Assembly: GCA_050012475.1 (NCBI GenBank)
Contig: JBEKHC010000076.1
Span: forward strand, 1-26,013
Length of the DNA: 26,013 bases
Source of the DNA: Candidatus Velthaea sp.
Lineage (GTDB): Bacteria; Vulcanimicrobiota; Vulcanimicrobiia; Vulcanimicrobiales; Vulcanimicrobiaceae
Reading direction: 5' to 3'
Part shown: one piece after another, positions 16,160 through 24,898 of the stretch
Numbering within the stretch: the stretch's first letter is position 1
Layout: each line of letters opens with the position of its first letter
Made by a program: the position numbers and the translations under genes
The notes under the pieces: generated by a model
Databases searched by the model: none
What the model was told of the DNA's origin: nothing
The model's input: the letters and a program-made list of their open reading frames with translations, nothing else

Positions 16160-16316
16160 CCGGCGTGGTCGCCCGGCCGCGGCACGACGCCGAATTGCAC
16201 ACGCTGCACACTTCTCACTGTGGATATCTTGAGGAAGCGCCGAGCCGCAGAGCGCGCGTTGGGGATTCCTTGCGAATTCAGGGTTGTAGAAGTCGGGCGG
16301 CATCTTGACGTAAGGT

Positions 16317-16583
16317 ATGGCTGTCATGATCTCTGCCTGCACCCTGCTGCTCACTCATGGAACCCACGTCATCGATGAACCCTCCGCGTGCGAGGTCGAG
16401 CGCGCGATGGACAGCGGGGCAGCATCGGTCGACATCACCTTGGATGTGACCGGCAGCGGCAATACTCTATCGCGCGCCCGTTTGTCGATGGCGCATGTCG
16501 TAGCCGTCATCCGCCATCCGCATCGCGCAGTCGACGCACCGCTGCTCGAACAAGCGAAGCTTTATGCTCTGCGCGCGCGCTGA
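16317..16583 (+). CDS. Hypothetical protein (88 aa)
   Basis: Compact alpha/beta-like sequence that fills the intergenic gap. Its 3' end overlaps the convergent gene by 22 nt. Start may be 16326. Confidence 0.6.
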   Translation: MAVMISACTLLLTHGTHVIDEPSACEVERAMDSGAASVDITLDVTGSGNTLSRARLSMAHVVAVIRHPHRAVDAPLLEQAKLYALRAR

Positions 16584-17512
16584 TCGCGACGACCGGCTTG
16601 GGCAAAGCCGAAACGCAACGGACCGCGCGCAGCGCGATCGGCGAAGCCGGCGGCGAGGTCGGTCTCGTACGCCAGATGCGCAAGGTACTCGAAGTGGTCG
16701 AAGTCCGGGTGCGAGCTTGCCGCGGCGACACTGCCGGCGAATCGATACGCGCTCCATCGGGCCAAGAGTTCGCTTCGCGTCTCGAACAGCAGCGCTCCCT
16801 TCGCGCGCCGGCACTTGTCGCACGCCGGCAGCGCCAGCCCATCGACGCCGAAGCGCTGCACCGCCGCGCTGAAGCGCGGCCCTTCACGCACTTTCGCCGC
16901 GCGCAGCAATCCAATCGAAAGCGCCGGCTCAGGCCGCAGGCAAGAGTCATCGAAGCGATAGGATACTTCCAGCCGCAAGTCGATCGGCAGGCGGTCATAC
17001 CATGCCGGATCGAGCAGCGTCGGTTTGGGCATCAGCTTTCCGATCGCATCCGCCACCTCAGCGTACAGACCGGACAGTTCGCACGCGTGTAACCAGCGGA
17101 GCGCTTCGATGGAATTGCGCTCGCCGCGGAACCACGCTGTATCGCACACGAGACATTTTGCATCGCGTTGTCGGACACGCACTTCGAACTCGCGACCGAT
17201 GCTCTCCGAGCAATCCCATCCTGCGGATCGTTTCGCTTTGCGCGTTCGCGTCCGAACCGGAAAGGCGTCTGCCGGAACCCAGCCGGCAAAGGGGCCGGGT
17301 TCGACAAAATCCGACGGGCTCGCCCACGGGACGCTGGGCAGCCACGGGACGTGATGCGCTTGCGGCCCGCCGCCGCAGTACAGCCCGATGTGCGTGCGGC
17401 GAACCGCGAAGCGGCGAGTACTGGCGCAACGACTGCCGGCGGCGAGCGGCGCGCCGCACGGCTCAAACGAAAGGCCGACGATCTCGTAGACTTGCTGCGG
17501 TTCCGTTTCCAC
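16562..17512 (-). CDS. Hypothetical Cys-rich protein; degenerate HNH/McrA-like zinc knuckle split by an insertion
   Basis: VRQRDAKCLVC ... LALPACDKCRRAKG, plus an N-terminal Cys/His cluster (CGAPLAAGSRC...HIGLYC...HH). Confidence 0.65.
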   Translation of the reverse strand: METEPQQVYEIVGLSFEPCGAPLAAGSRCASTRRFAVRRTHIGLYCGGGPQAHHVPWLPSVPWASPSDFVEPGPFAGWVPADAFPVRTRTRKAKRSAGWDCSESIGREFEVRVRQRDAKCLVCDTAWFRGERNSIEALRWLHACELSGLYAEVADAIGKLMPKPTLLDPAWYDRLPIDLRLEVSYRFDDSCLRPEPALSIGLLRAAKVREGPRFSAAVQRFGVDGLALPACDKCRRAKGALLFETRSELLARWSAYRFAGSVAAASSHPDFDHFEYLAHLAYETDLAAGFADRAARGPLRFGFAQAGRRDQRARRA

Positions 17513-17552
17513 TGGGACCGCTGATATTGAACGGTGCGGCGGCCTCTCCCGG

Positions 17553-17566
17553 GGAACGCACGTTCG
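17553..17566. promoter_or_regulatory. LexA (SOS/Cheo) box, Gram-positive type
   Basis: GGAAC-GCAC-GTTCG matches CGAAC-RNRY-GTTCG at 13 of 14 positions. Intergenic, about 40 bp upstream of GTG 17512. Confidence 0.6.
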
Positions 17567-17887
17567 GCAAAAGCCGGCACTACAACCCGTAGTGTCCTTC
17601 GTTGCGCCCTCCTCAATCCGTTGCGGTCGGTCCGATCGAAAACAAGTCGACTGTGACTGCGATGACGTTTGGCAGCACGATCATCTTTCGCCGTTAGCAG
17701 ACAATGCAAGAATCAGCTCGAGCCAGGTGTTCTTGGCATATAACGCAAGCACCAGACACTCTTGCCACGTGACTGAAGCGTCGTTCGAGCAACGCGCTTT
17801 GGCAGACGAAGGCGCTGGTCGCACATCATGAGTTTTTGCAGCAGCTGATACATCAGGTTCCGACGGCAAACGGCGATAGGGATGCCG

Positions 17888-17916
17888 AGCGGTGGCGCAG
17901 GCTTCGTGCGCCACCG
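17888..17916. repeat. GC-rich palindrome, REP-like
   Basis: GCGGTGGCGCA-GGCTTCG-TGCGCCACCGC, an 11-bp perfect stem with no U tract. Confidence 0.5.
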
Positions 17917-18044
17917 CACGCATCAGCGCACCGGAAGAAATCGGGTCGCTCGTTCGGGGATTCGCGCCGCGCGCGAAGTAGTACATAGAACCAAGTAGTA
18001 CACATAATAACGAAGCACGCGCCGCTAATATGCAAGGAACCACC

Positions 18045-18605
18045 ATGACCGTCACACCGAGAACATTTCCGTTCACCTCGGAGTTCCGCGGCAATATCGT
18101 GACATTCCGGCGCATGTGCGCAGATGACAAAGAATTGTTTCGGAGCTTCATTCGCTCGCTGCCGGCCAAGGATAACTACTATCTGCTCGTCGACGTTCGC
18201 AGCGACCAAGCAATCGACCGCTGGGCGCAGGAAGTCGAGTCCGGCCACACCTTGGGCGTTGTTGCGCTCGACGGCGACAAGTTGATCGGCTACTGCAGCG
18301 TCGATACGAACGAGCTGCCCTGGATGCGGCACACCGGCGAGATTCGCATGAGCACCGCCCTGGCGTACCGCGGCTTGGGGATCGGGCGCATTCTGGCGTA
18401 CGAGGTCTTCGCCATGGCGCGGGCCCACGGACTCGAGAAAATTTGGAGCCGCATGGCGGCTCGCCAGCAGGCGTCGCAAAACGTTTTCGAGAGCTTGGGC
18501 TTCCGCGTCGAAGCCGTATTGTCAGACTTCGTCAAGAATGAGGACGGCCTAACGGAGGACCTCGTGATGATGTCCTTTGATGCCGGCAAGCCGTGGGGAT
18601 TGTAA
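18045..18605 (+). CDS. GNAT family N-acetyltransferase
   Basis: Motif A YRGLGIGRILA and C-terminal VFESLGF. AAGGA ribosome-binding site before ATG 18045. Confidence 0.9.
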   Translation: MTVTPRTFPFTSEFRGNIVTFRRMCADDKELFRSFIRSLPAKDNYYLLVDVRSDQAIDRWAQEVESGHTLGVVALDGDKLIGYCSVDTNELPWMRHTGEIRMSTALAYRGLGIGRILAYEVFAMARAHGLEKIWSRMAARQQASQNVFESLGFRVEAVLSDFVKNEDGLTEDLVMMSFDAGKPWGL

Positions 18606-18698
18606 GCTAGGACAGAATTCAAGCTTTTTCCGGGGTGAAGTAGTGCTCGATGAGAAAATCGGCTGCTAAGAGAGCGCTAGCGAGCACGAAGGAGTAGC

Positions 18699-21185
18699 AT
18701 GGCAACGGTTGAACCGCGGGCCACCCGACCGATCGGGGAAACTGACGCCGAGCTGTCGGCGGCGGCATTGCGCCGTCAATTTGAGCTTCATTTGCGCCAC
18801 AGCCTGGCGAAGGATCGGTACAGTGCGACCGACCGCGACCGTTACTATGCCGCCGCGCTCACCGTGCGCGATCAGCTCATCGACCGCTGGATCGCTACCC
18901 AGCAGATGCATCACAAAAAGAACGTCAAGCGGGTGTACTACCTGTCGCTGGAGTTCTTGATCGGCCGTCTGCTCGGAAACAACGTCATCAATCTGCGCAC
19001 TGAAGACGTCTATCGCACCGCCATGTCGCAAGAGGGCCTCAACTGGGAGGCGTTGCGCGAATACGAAGTCGACGCCGGCTTGGGTAACGGCGGTTTGGGC
19101 CGCCTCGCCGCGTGTTTCCTCGACTCGATCGCGACCTTGAACTTGCCCGCCGTCGGCTACGGTTTGCGCTACGATTTCGGGATCTTCAAACAGAAGATCG
19201 TGAACGGCTACCAGGTCGAGCAACCCGACGAATGGCTCAAGCTGCGCTATCCGTGGGAGATCCCGCACCCCGAGTTTTCATTCGAGGTGCAGTTCGAGGG
19301 CCGCACCGGCATCCGGCCCGGTCCGCACGGTGACGAGTGGTACTGGGCCGATGCCAAGCGCGTCATCGGCATCCCGTACGATCTTCCCATCGTCGGGTAC
19401 GGCGCCGCGACGGTCAACACGCTGCGCCTTTGGTCGGCCACCGCAGCCGAAGATTTCGATCTCGACGATTTCAATCGCGGCGAGTACATCGACGCGGTGG
19501 CAAACAAAGTCCGGGCTGAAAACCTGACCAAGATTCTGTATCCCAACGACAACCTGCTCGTCGGGAAGGAACTCCGGCTGCGCCAAGAGTTCTTCTTCGT
19601 TTCGTGCACGATTCAGGACATCGTGCGCCGTTTCAAATCCGACGGCAACGCCTGGGAAACGTTCCCCGACAAAGTCTTTCTCCAACTCAACGACACCCAT
19701 CCGTCGCTGGTCGTCGCCGAACTCATGCGGCTGCTCGTCGATTGCGAAAAACTCGAATGGGAAGACGCGTGGCGCATCGCGACCGCCTCGACCGGCTACA
19801 CGAACCACACCGTGCTGCCCGAAGCGCTCGAAAAGTGGCCCGTCGACATGATGGGCTGGCTGCTGCCGCGCCATTTGCAGATCATCTTCGAGATCAACGC
19901 GCGCTTTCTGCGCGGCGTCGCGTACCGCTACCCGTTCGACGCCGACCGGCTGGGTCGCATGAGCATCATCGAAGAGGGCCCGCAAAAACACATTCGCATG
20001 GCACACCTCGCGATCGTCGGCTCGTGTTCGGTCAACGGCGTCTCGAAGCTGCATACCGAGCTGCTCAAGAGCACGGTGCTGCGCGACTTCGCCGAATACT
20101 GGCCGGGCAAATTCAACAACAAAACCAATGGGATCACGCCGCGCCGCTGGCTGTTGAAAGCGAATCCGCCCTTGGCGCGGTTGATCACCGATGCCATCGG
20201 CGACAAGTGGATCACCGACCTCGATGAATTGCGCAAACTCGAAGCGTTCACCGAAGATCCGTCCTTCCGCGAGCGTTTCCGCGCGGCAAAGCGGCACAAC
20301 AAGAACGCGCTCGCGCGGCACATCCGCGACATTCTCGGGGTCACCATCGTGCCCGAGTCGCTCTTCGACGTGCAGATCAAGCGCATGCACGAGTACAAGC
20401 GGCAGCTCCTGTTCGTCCTCTACATCATCATTCTCTACAATCGGCTCAAGGACAACCCCGCGCTGAACATCTCCGCGCGAACGTTTATCATCGCCGGGAA
20501 AGCAGCGCCCGGCTACACGATGGCAAAGCTGATCATCAAGCTGGTCAACCAAGTTGCCGACGTCATCAATTGCGACACCGAAGTGGCGGACAAGATCAAG
20601 TTCGTGTTCCTGCCCGACTATCGCGTGTCGCTGGCCGAAAAGCTGATCCCGGCCGCGGATCTCAGCGAACAGATCTCGCTGGCGGGAACCGAAGCCTCGG
20701 GGACCGGCAACATGAAGCTGCAGCTCAACGGAGCGCTGACGATCGGGACGCTCGACGGCGCGAACGTCGAGATCCTCGAGGAAGTCGGTCCGGAAAACTG
20801 TTTCATCTTCGGGATGACGGCCGATGAAGTCGAGCAGCGGCGTCCAACCTACAATCCCTGGGACATCTACGGCGGCGACGAGGAAATTCGCCGCGCCGTG
20901 CAATTGATCGAACGCGACTTTTTCAGCATGATGGAGCCCGGAATTTTCCAGCCCATCACGCACACGCTGCTCGGCGGCGGCGATCACTACATGCTCTTGG
21001 CCGATCTGCGTGAATACATCACGACCCAAGAGCGAGTCGACGCCACGTACAGCGACGAAGCAAGCTGGAGTCGAAAGTCGATCCTCAACGTCGCACGGGC
21101 CGGACACTTCTCGTCGGATCGCACGATTCGCGAGTACGCGGCGGACATTTGGCATCTCGAACCGTGCGCCATCCCGCCGGCCTGA
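18699..21185 (+). CDS. glgP: Glycogen/starch/alpha-glucan phosphorylase
   Basis: YYLSLEFLIGR, GLGNGGLGRLAACFLDS, QLNDTHP, KTNGITPRRWL, QIKRMHEYKRQ and the PLP-Lys motif EASGTGNMK. AAGGAG ribosome-binding site. Confidence 0.98.
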   Translation: MATVEPRATRPIGETDAELSAAALRRQFELHLRHSLAKDRYSATDRDRYYAAALTVRDQLIDRWIATQQMHHKKNVKRVYYLSLEFLIGRLLGNNVINLRTEDVYRTAMSQEGLNWEALREYEVDAGLGNGGLGRLAACFLDSIATLNLPAVGYGLRYDFGIFKQKIVNGYQVEQPDEWLKLRYPWEIPHPEFSFEVQFEGRTGIRPGPHGDEWYWADAKRVIGIPYDLPIVGYGAATVNTLRLWSATAAEDFDLDDFNRGEYIDAVANKVRAENLTKILYPNDNLLVGKELRLRQEFFFVSCTIQDIVRRFKSDGNAWETFPDKVFLQLNDTHPSLVVAELMRLLVDCEKLEWEDAWRIATASTGYTNHTVLPEALEKWPVDMMGWLLPRHLQIIFEINARFLRGVAYRYPFDADRLGRMSIIEEGPQKHIRMAHLAIVGSCSVNGVSKLHTELLKSTVLRDFAEYWPGKFNNKTNGITPRRWLLKANPPLARLITDAIGDKWITDLDELRKLEAFTEDPSFRERFRAAKRHNKNALARHIRDILGVTIVPESLFDVQIKRMHEYKRQLLFVLYIIILYNRLKDNPALNISARTFIIAGKAAPGYTMAKLIIKLVNQVADVINCDTEVADKIKFVFLPDYRVSLAEKLIPAADLSEQISLAGTEASGTGNMKLQLNGALTIGTLDGANVEILEEVGPENCFIFGMTADEVEQRRPTYNPWDIYGGDEEIRRAVQLIERDFFSMMEPGIFQPITHTLLGGGDHYMLLADLREYITTQERVDATYSDEASWSRKSILNVARAGHFSSDRTIREYAADIWHLEPCAIPPA

Positions 21186-21198
21186 CAGCGCGGCAGAT

Positions 21199-21233
21199 CA
21201 ATATGGCGGCCGGATAAGCCGGCCGCCACATTG
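21199..21233. repeat. Palindromic hairpin after glgP (REP-like or mRNA-stabilising stem)
   Basis: CAAT-A-TGGCGGCCGG-ATAAG-CCGGCCGCCA-C-ATTG. The minus strand reads GTGG followed by a palindrome. Confidence 0.55.
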
Positions 21234-21303
21234 ACAGCCGGGTCGTCGGGACCGGCGGGCGACCGGCGCGGCCATCCGCCCATGACGTTTCGCAAGGAGA
21301 TGC

Positions 21304-22491
21304 ATGATGCCGAATTCGGATCCGGGTGCGCCGGCGACAACGCGCATCGTCGGCAAGGACTCCTGGCTTTTCGGTAACGACAGCGTGCGCATCGCGCTCA
21401 CCCAAGACGGCGGGCACATGGCGCCCGTGACATTCGCTCTGCACAACGACACCGTCGCCGAACCGTATTATGTCAGTCCGTGGGGCGCGGACGATCTCGC
21501 GGTTCCCGTCGATGAGCCGTGCGTGCGATTCATTCGCGGCGACTTTTTTTGCTTGCCGTTCGGCAATCCCGGAAAGCACGGCAACGACCGCAACGTGCTC
21601 CACGGCGAGTCGAGTTTTGCCCGCTGGCAGTTCGATGGACATCGCGCGGCGGACGCGGTGAGCGCCTTCGATTTCTCTCTGCAAACGGCCCACCCGCCGG
21701 GCAAGCTGTCCAAACACGTCGCCCTGGTCGACGGACACACGGTGATCTATCTGCAACACGAACTGAGCAATTACAACGGTTCGTTTCCGGCCGGCCATCA
21801 CGCGACGCTGGGAATGCCCGAAGAGCCGGAGAGCGTCCTGGTCGGGGTATCGCCGTATCGCTACGGCTACACCTGGCCGTCACCCTTCGGCGACCCGGCC
21901 GGCCAAGGCTCGTACTATGCGCTGGCCGTCGGAGCGCGCTTCGAGACGCTCGACGCCGTACCGCTGATTTTCAAAGACCCGGCGGCCGGCGCATGCAACG
22001 CCTTTCCGACCCGACGCGGCTACACCGATGCAGCCGCATGCATCGTGGAGAGCGGCATCGACCCCGCTTGGGTCACGGCGACGTTCACCACCCGAGGCTT
22101 TCTTTGGTTCGCGCTCAAGAACGCCGCGGATTTTCCCTTGACGCTGCTGTGGATGGCCAATCACGGGCGACACGCATCGCCTTGGAACGGCCGCGACGAC
22201 TGTTTGGGCATCGAAGATATTCGCGCGCTCTTCGGCGAGGGCTGGCACGCCTCGGTCGAACCGAACTTTTTATCGAACGACGGTGTGCCGACGGCGTTTA
22301 CCGTCACGCCGCAGACACCGCTCAAGCTCAACTACATTCAAGGCGTCGCGGCGACGCCGCCCGGCTACGGGCGCGTCGTCAAAGCGGTTTTCGAGCCGGG
22401 CGGCGTGCGCTTCATCGACGAACGCGGAGCCGAAGCACGCACCGCCGTCGATCACGCCTTTCTGCGCGGTGCCGACAGCCCCAAGGGTTGA
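21304..22491 (+). CDS. Conserved hypothetical protein, probable galactose mutarotase/aldose-1-epimerase-like fold
   Basis: AAGGAG ribosome-binding site. Motifs RGDFFCLPFG, LHGE, GHHATL and PWNGR..CLGIED give His/His/Glu spacing like mutarotases. The fold call is an inference. Confidence 0.7.
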   Translation: MMPNSDPGAPATTRIVGKDSWLFGNDSVRIALTQDGGHMAPVTFALHNDTVAEPYYVSPWGADDLAVPVDEPCVRFIRGDFFCLPFGNPGKHGNDRNVLHGESSFARWQFDGHRAADAVSAFDFSLQTAHPPGKLSKHVALVDGHTVIYLQHELSNYNGSFPAGHHATLGMPEEPESVLVGVSPYRYGYTWPSPFGDPAGQGSYYALAVGARFETLDAVPLIFKDPAAGACNAFPTRRGYTDAAACIVESGIDPAWVTATFTTRGFLWFALKNAADFPLTLLWMANHGRHASPWNGRDDCLGIEDIRALFGEGWHASVEPNFLSNDGVPTAFTVTPQTPLKLNYIQGVAATPPGYGRVVKAVFEPGGVRFIDERGAEARTAVDHAFLRGADSPKG

Positions 22492-22506
22492 GCGCCCGAT
22501 AACGCC

Positions 22507-23862
22507 TTACGCGCGGACGGCGGCCGGTTTCGGACGTTGCCGGATTCGCGGTTCACTGGGATCGCTCGGCGTGCTGCGGCCGGCGCGAATGCCGAGCACG
22601 GCAACCGCCGAGATCAAACACAGAATCGCCGACAGCTCGAACGCGCCGGTGTACGTTCCGCTCGTCGTCCGGATCATGCCCGCGACGAGGGCGATCGCGC
22701 CTGCGCCCAGCTGATGGCCCGCGGAAACCCAGCCAAACACCAGCGGGCCTTCTTCCCGCCCGAACGCATCGATCGTCAGGCGCACCGTCGGCGGCACCGT
22801 GGCGACCCAATCCAAGCCGTAAAAGAGCGCGAACAGCGGTAAACCGAGCACGCCGCTGACGCCGAATGCGTACGGTACGAACAGCAGCGAGAGTCCGCGT
22901 AACCCGTAGTACCAGAACAGCAGATAGCGGCTGCTCCAGCGATCGGAAAGCCAACCCGAAACGGTCGTGCCGACCAGATCGAACGCTCCCATCATTGCCA
23001 GATAGCCCGCGGCGCGGACCTCGGGAATCCCGTGGTCGCCGCAGGCCGGGATGAAGTGCGTTCCGATGAAGCCGTTGGTGCTCGCACCGCACACGAAGAA
23101 CGTCCCAAACAAAAACCAAAAATCGCGCTTCTTGGACGCCCGTCCGAGCGACGCGAACGCCGTCCGCAACGGATTTCCGCCGCGCAGCAGTGGCGGCTCT
23201 TCGAGCTTCAAATCAGCCGGCGCGCCGAATGGCCGCAGACCGATATCCTCGGGCCGGTCGCGCATGAAGAACGCGATCGGGATCGCGACCACGAGCGCGA
23301 CCGCGCCGACCAGCAGGCCCACCGGACGCCAGCCGAACTTTTGCGCAACGAGTGCCAGCACCGGGAGAAACACCAGCTGCCCGGTTGCGTTCGCCGCCGT
23401 CAGCACGCCCATCACGGTGCCGCGCCGCGCGTAAAACCAGCGGGTCGAGACCGTCGCCGCGACCACGATGCCGATCATCCCGACGCCCACGCCGACGCCC
23501 ACGCCCCAGGTCAGAATGAGCTGCGCCGGCGACGCAATGCGCGATGTCGCGGCGCTCGAAACCGCCACGATGCCGAGGCCGAGCAACAGCGTTCGGCGCA
23601 CGCCCATGCTCTGCATGAGTGCCGCCGCGAACGGACCCATCAGCCCGAACAGAACGATGTTGATCGCGATGGCGGTCGAGATCGTCGTCGCGGACCAGCC
23701 CATCTCGGTTTCCATCGGAACCATGAGCACGCCCGGCGCCGACCGGATCCCGGCCGCGACGAGCAGCACGCAAAACGTCAGCGCGACGACGACGTAGTGG
23801 AACGGAAATCGCCGGCGCGGATTCGCCGCCGAGCGTGATTCGACCGATGGTTCGCCGTTCAA
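22507..23862 (-). CDS. MFS transporter
   Basis: About 12 hydrophobic segments; WFYARRG and GWLSDRWSSR loop motifs. Start approximate (TTG 23862). Confidence 0.92.
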   Translation of the reverse strand: MNGEPSVESRSAANPRRRFPFHYVVVALTFCVLLVAAGIRSAPGVLMVPMETEMGWSATTISTAIAINIVLFGLMGPFAAALMQSMGVRRTLLLGLGIVAVSSAATSRIASPAQLILTWGVGVGVGVGMIGIVVAATVSTRWFYARRGTVMGVLTAANATGQLVFLPVLALVAQKFGWRPVGLLVGAVALVVAIPIAFFMRDRPEDIGLRPFGAPADLKLEEPPLLRGGNPLRTAFASLGRASKKRDFWFLFGTFFVCGASTNGFIGTHFIPACGDHGIPEVRAAGYLAMMGAFDLVGTTVSGWLSDRWSSRYLLFWYYGLRGLSLLFVPYAFGVSGVLGLPLFALFYGLDWVATVPPTVRLTIDAFGREEGPLVFGWVSAGHQLGAGAIALVAGMIRTTSGTYTGAFELSAILCLISAVAVLGIRAGRSTPSDPSEPRIRQRPKPAAVRA

Positions 23863-23915
23863 AAGAGCCGTTTCTGCGACAGGGGAGTGGAAGGAAGCTG
23901 CCCGAGAGTTCCTGT

Positions 23916-23929
23916 AGTGTATATGCAAT
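23916..23929. promoter_or_regulatory. Putative MarR operator (imperfect AT-rich palindrome)
   Basis: AGTGTATATGCAAT lies between the divergent MFS and MarR genes. Confidence 0.45.
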
Positions 23930-23931
23930 AT

Positions 23932-24399
23932 ATGCGCCAGACAAGCCCTGCCGTGTCCCCCGTGCTGCCGCTCGACCGGGCCGCTTGCGCTTGCGCGATC
24001 GTGCGGCGTGCCGCCCGCGAGGTGACGCATCTGTACGACGCCGCGCTCGCCCCAACGGGTTTGCGCATCACGCAATATTCGCTGCTGGCTAACCTCGATC
24101 GGCACGGCGCGATCGCGATGAGCGATCTTGCCGACGTCCTAGGCATGGATCGAACGACGCTCACGCGCAACCTCGCGCCGCTGGAGCGCGACGGGCTGCT
24201 GTCACTTCGCCCGGCCGGTCGCGGGCGCACGAAACTGGTGAACCTCACCGACCGCGGACGCCGGGATCTGCGCGCGGCGTTTCCGTATTGGGAGCAAGCG
24301 CAACAGCAGCTCGACGCGGCCGGCGCGGACGGTCCGGTGCGCGGCTTGCTGCAGATGGCGCAAGCGCTGCGGCGCGGCCGCGGCGAACGCGATCGCTAA
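23932..24399 (+). CDS. MarR family winged-helix transcriptional regulator
   Basis: CACAIVRRAAREVTHLYD, GLRITQYSLL, LADVLGMDRTTLTRNLAPLERDGL and LTDRG. Start reassigned to ATG 23932. Confidence 0.92.
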   Translation: MRQTSPAVSPVLPLDRAACACAIVRRAAREVTHLYDAALAPTGLRITQYSLLANLDRHGAIAMSDLADVLGMDRTTLTRNLAPLERDGLLSLRPAGRGRTKLVNLTDRGRRDLRAAFPYWEQAQQQLDAAGADGPVRGLLQMAQALRRGRGERDR

Positions 24400-24452
24400 C
24401 GGAACTCCGGCATCGCTGGCGATCCGCGCCGAGCGATACCGGCGGAACGCCG

Positions 24453-24653
24453 TTAGTTCTCCGGGGCTGGGTCTTCGGGCGCCGGCGCAGCGTCGGGCGC
24501 CGCGTTCGGCTTCAAGAGGCCCTCGATCGCAGCGCCGCCGGGCACTCTGGAAGCAACGGCGTCGATGACTTCGGTCTCGATTCCGTCGGTAACGGATGAC
24601 TCGATACCGGCGGAGGAAGCCAGTCCGCCAAGGTTGCCCAGAAGATCTCCCAT
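24453..24653 (-). CDS. Small acidic hypothetical protein (66 aa); paralog of 1153..1431
   Basis: GAGGA ribosome-binding site. MGD start, VIDAVASRVPGG core and Pro/Ala tail shared with the 92-aa ORF. Confidence 0.78.
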   Translation of the reverse strand: MGDLLGNLGGLASSAGIESSVTDGIETEVIDAVASRVPGGAAIEGLLKPNAAPDAAPAPEDPAPEN

Positions 24654-24851
24654 TGCATGTTCCTCGAGATTCCGTTCGCGCCCGGAACCGTTGGGCGGCG
24701 CAGCCTCATCGGCACGCCCTGTTGCCTACCCGATTGGAGAGCCAAGCCCTTCTGGACAGGAAGGCAACCGTGATCCGTCGGCCCTGCCCGCAGGAGCCGC
24801 GCGAAGAGCGCGTCGCGCACGATGGCGGACGGTTCCGTCGCAGGCCCGTGA

Positions 24852-24898
24852 TTGACATATGTGCCTAAGGCACGTATATATGTGCTCAGAGCAATTAT
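24852..24898 (+). promoter_or_regulatory. Sigma-70 promoter overlapped by two tandem 21-bp palindromic operators
   Basis: TTGACA (24852-24857), 17-nt spacer, TATATA. Palindromes ATATGTGCCT-A-AGGCACGTAT (24857-24877) and ATATGTGCTC-A-GAGCAATTAT (24878-24898). Confidence 0.75.

Noticed and set aside
16219..16227. TGTGGATAT, a DnaA-box-like 9-mer
   Set aside because: Single copy with a mismatch, with no cluster or AT-rich unwinding region to suggest an origin.
17578..17594. CACTAC-AACCC-GTAGTG as an NrdR box
   Set aside because: The spacer between CACTA and TAGTG is 7 bp rather than 4, and no ribonucleotide reductase gene is nearby. Kept only as an unassigned palindrome.
24720..24790. TGGAGAG..AGCCC...GGCAACC resembling part of a SAM-I riboswitch
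   Set aside because: It lacks the ATCxAGAG 5' core and the GGTGC..A.TCC element, and the downstream gene has its own proximal promoter.
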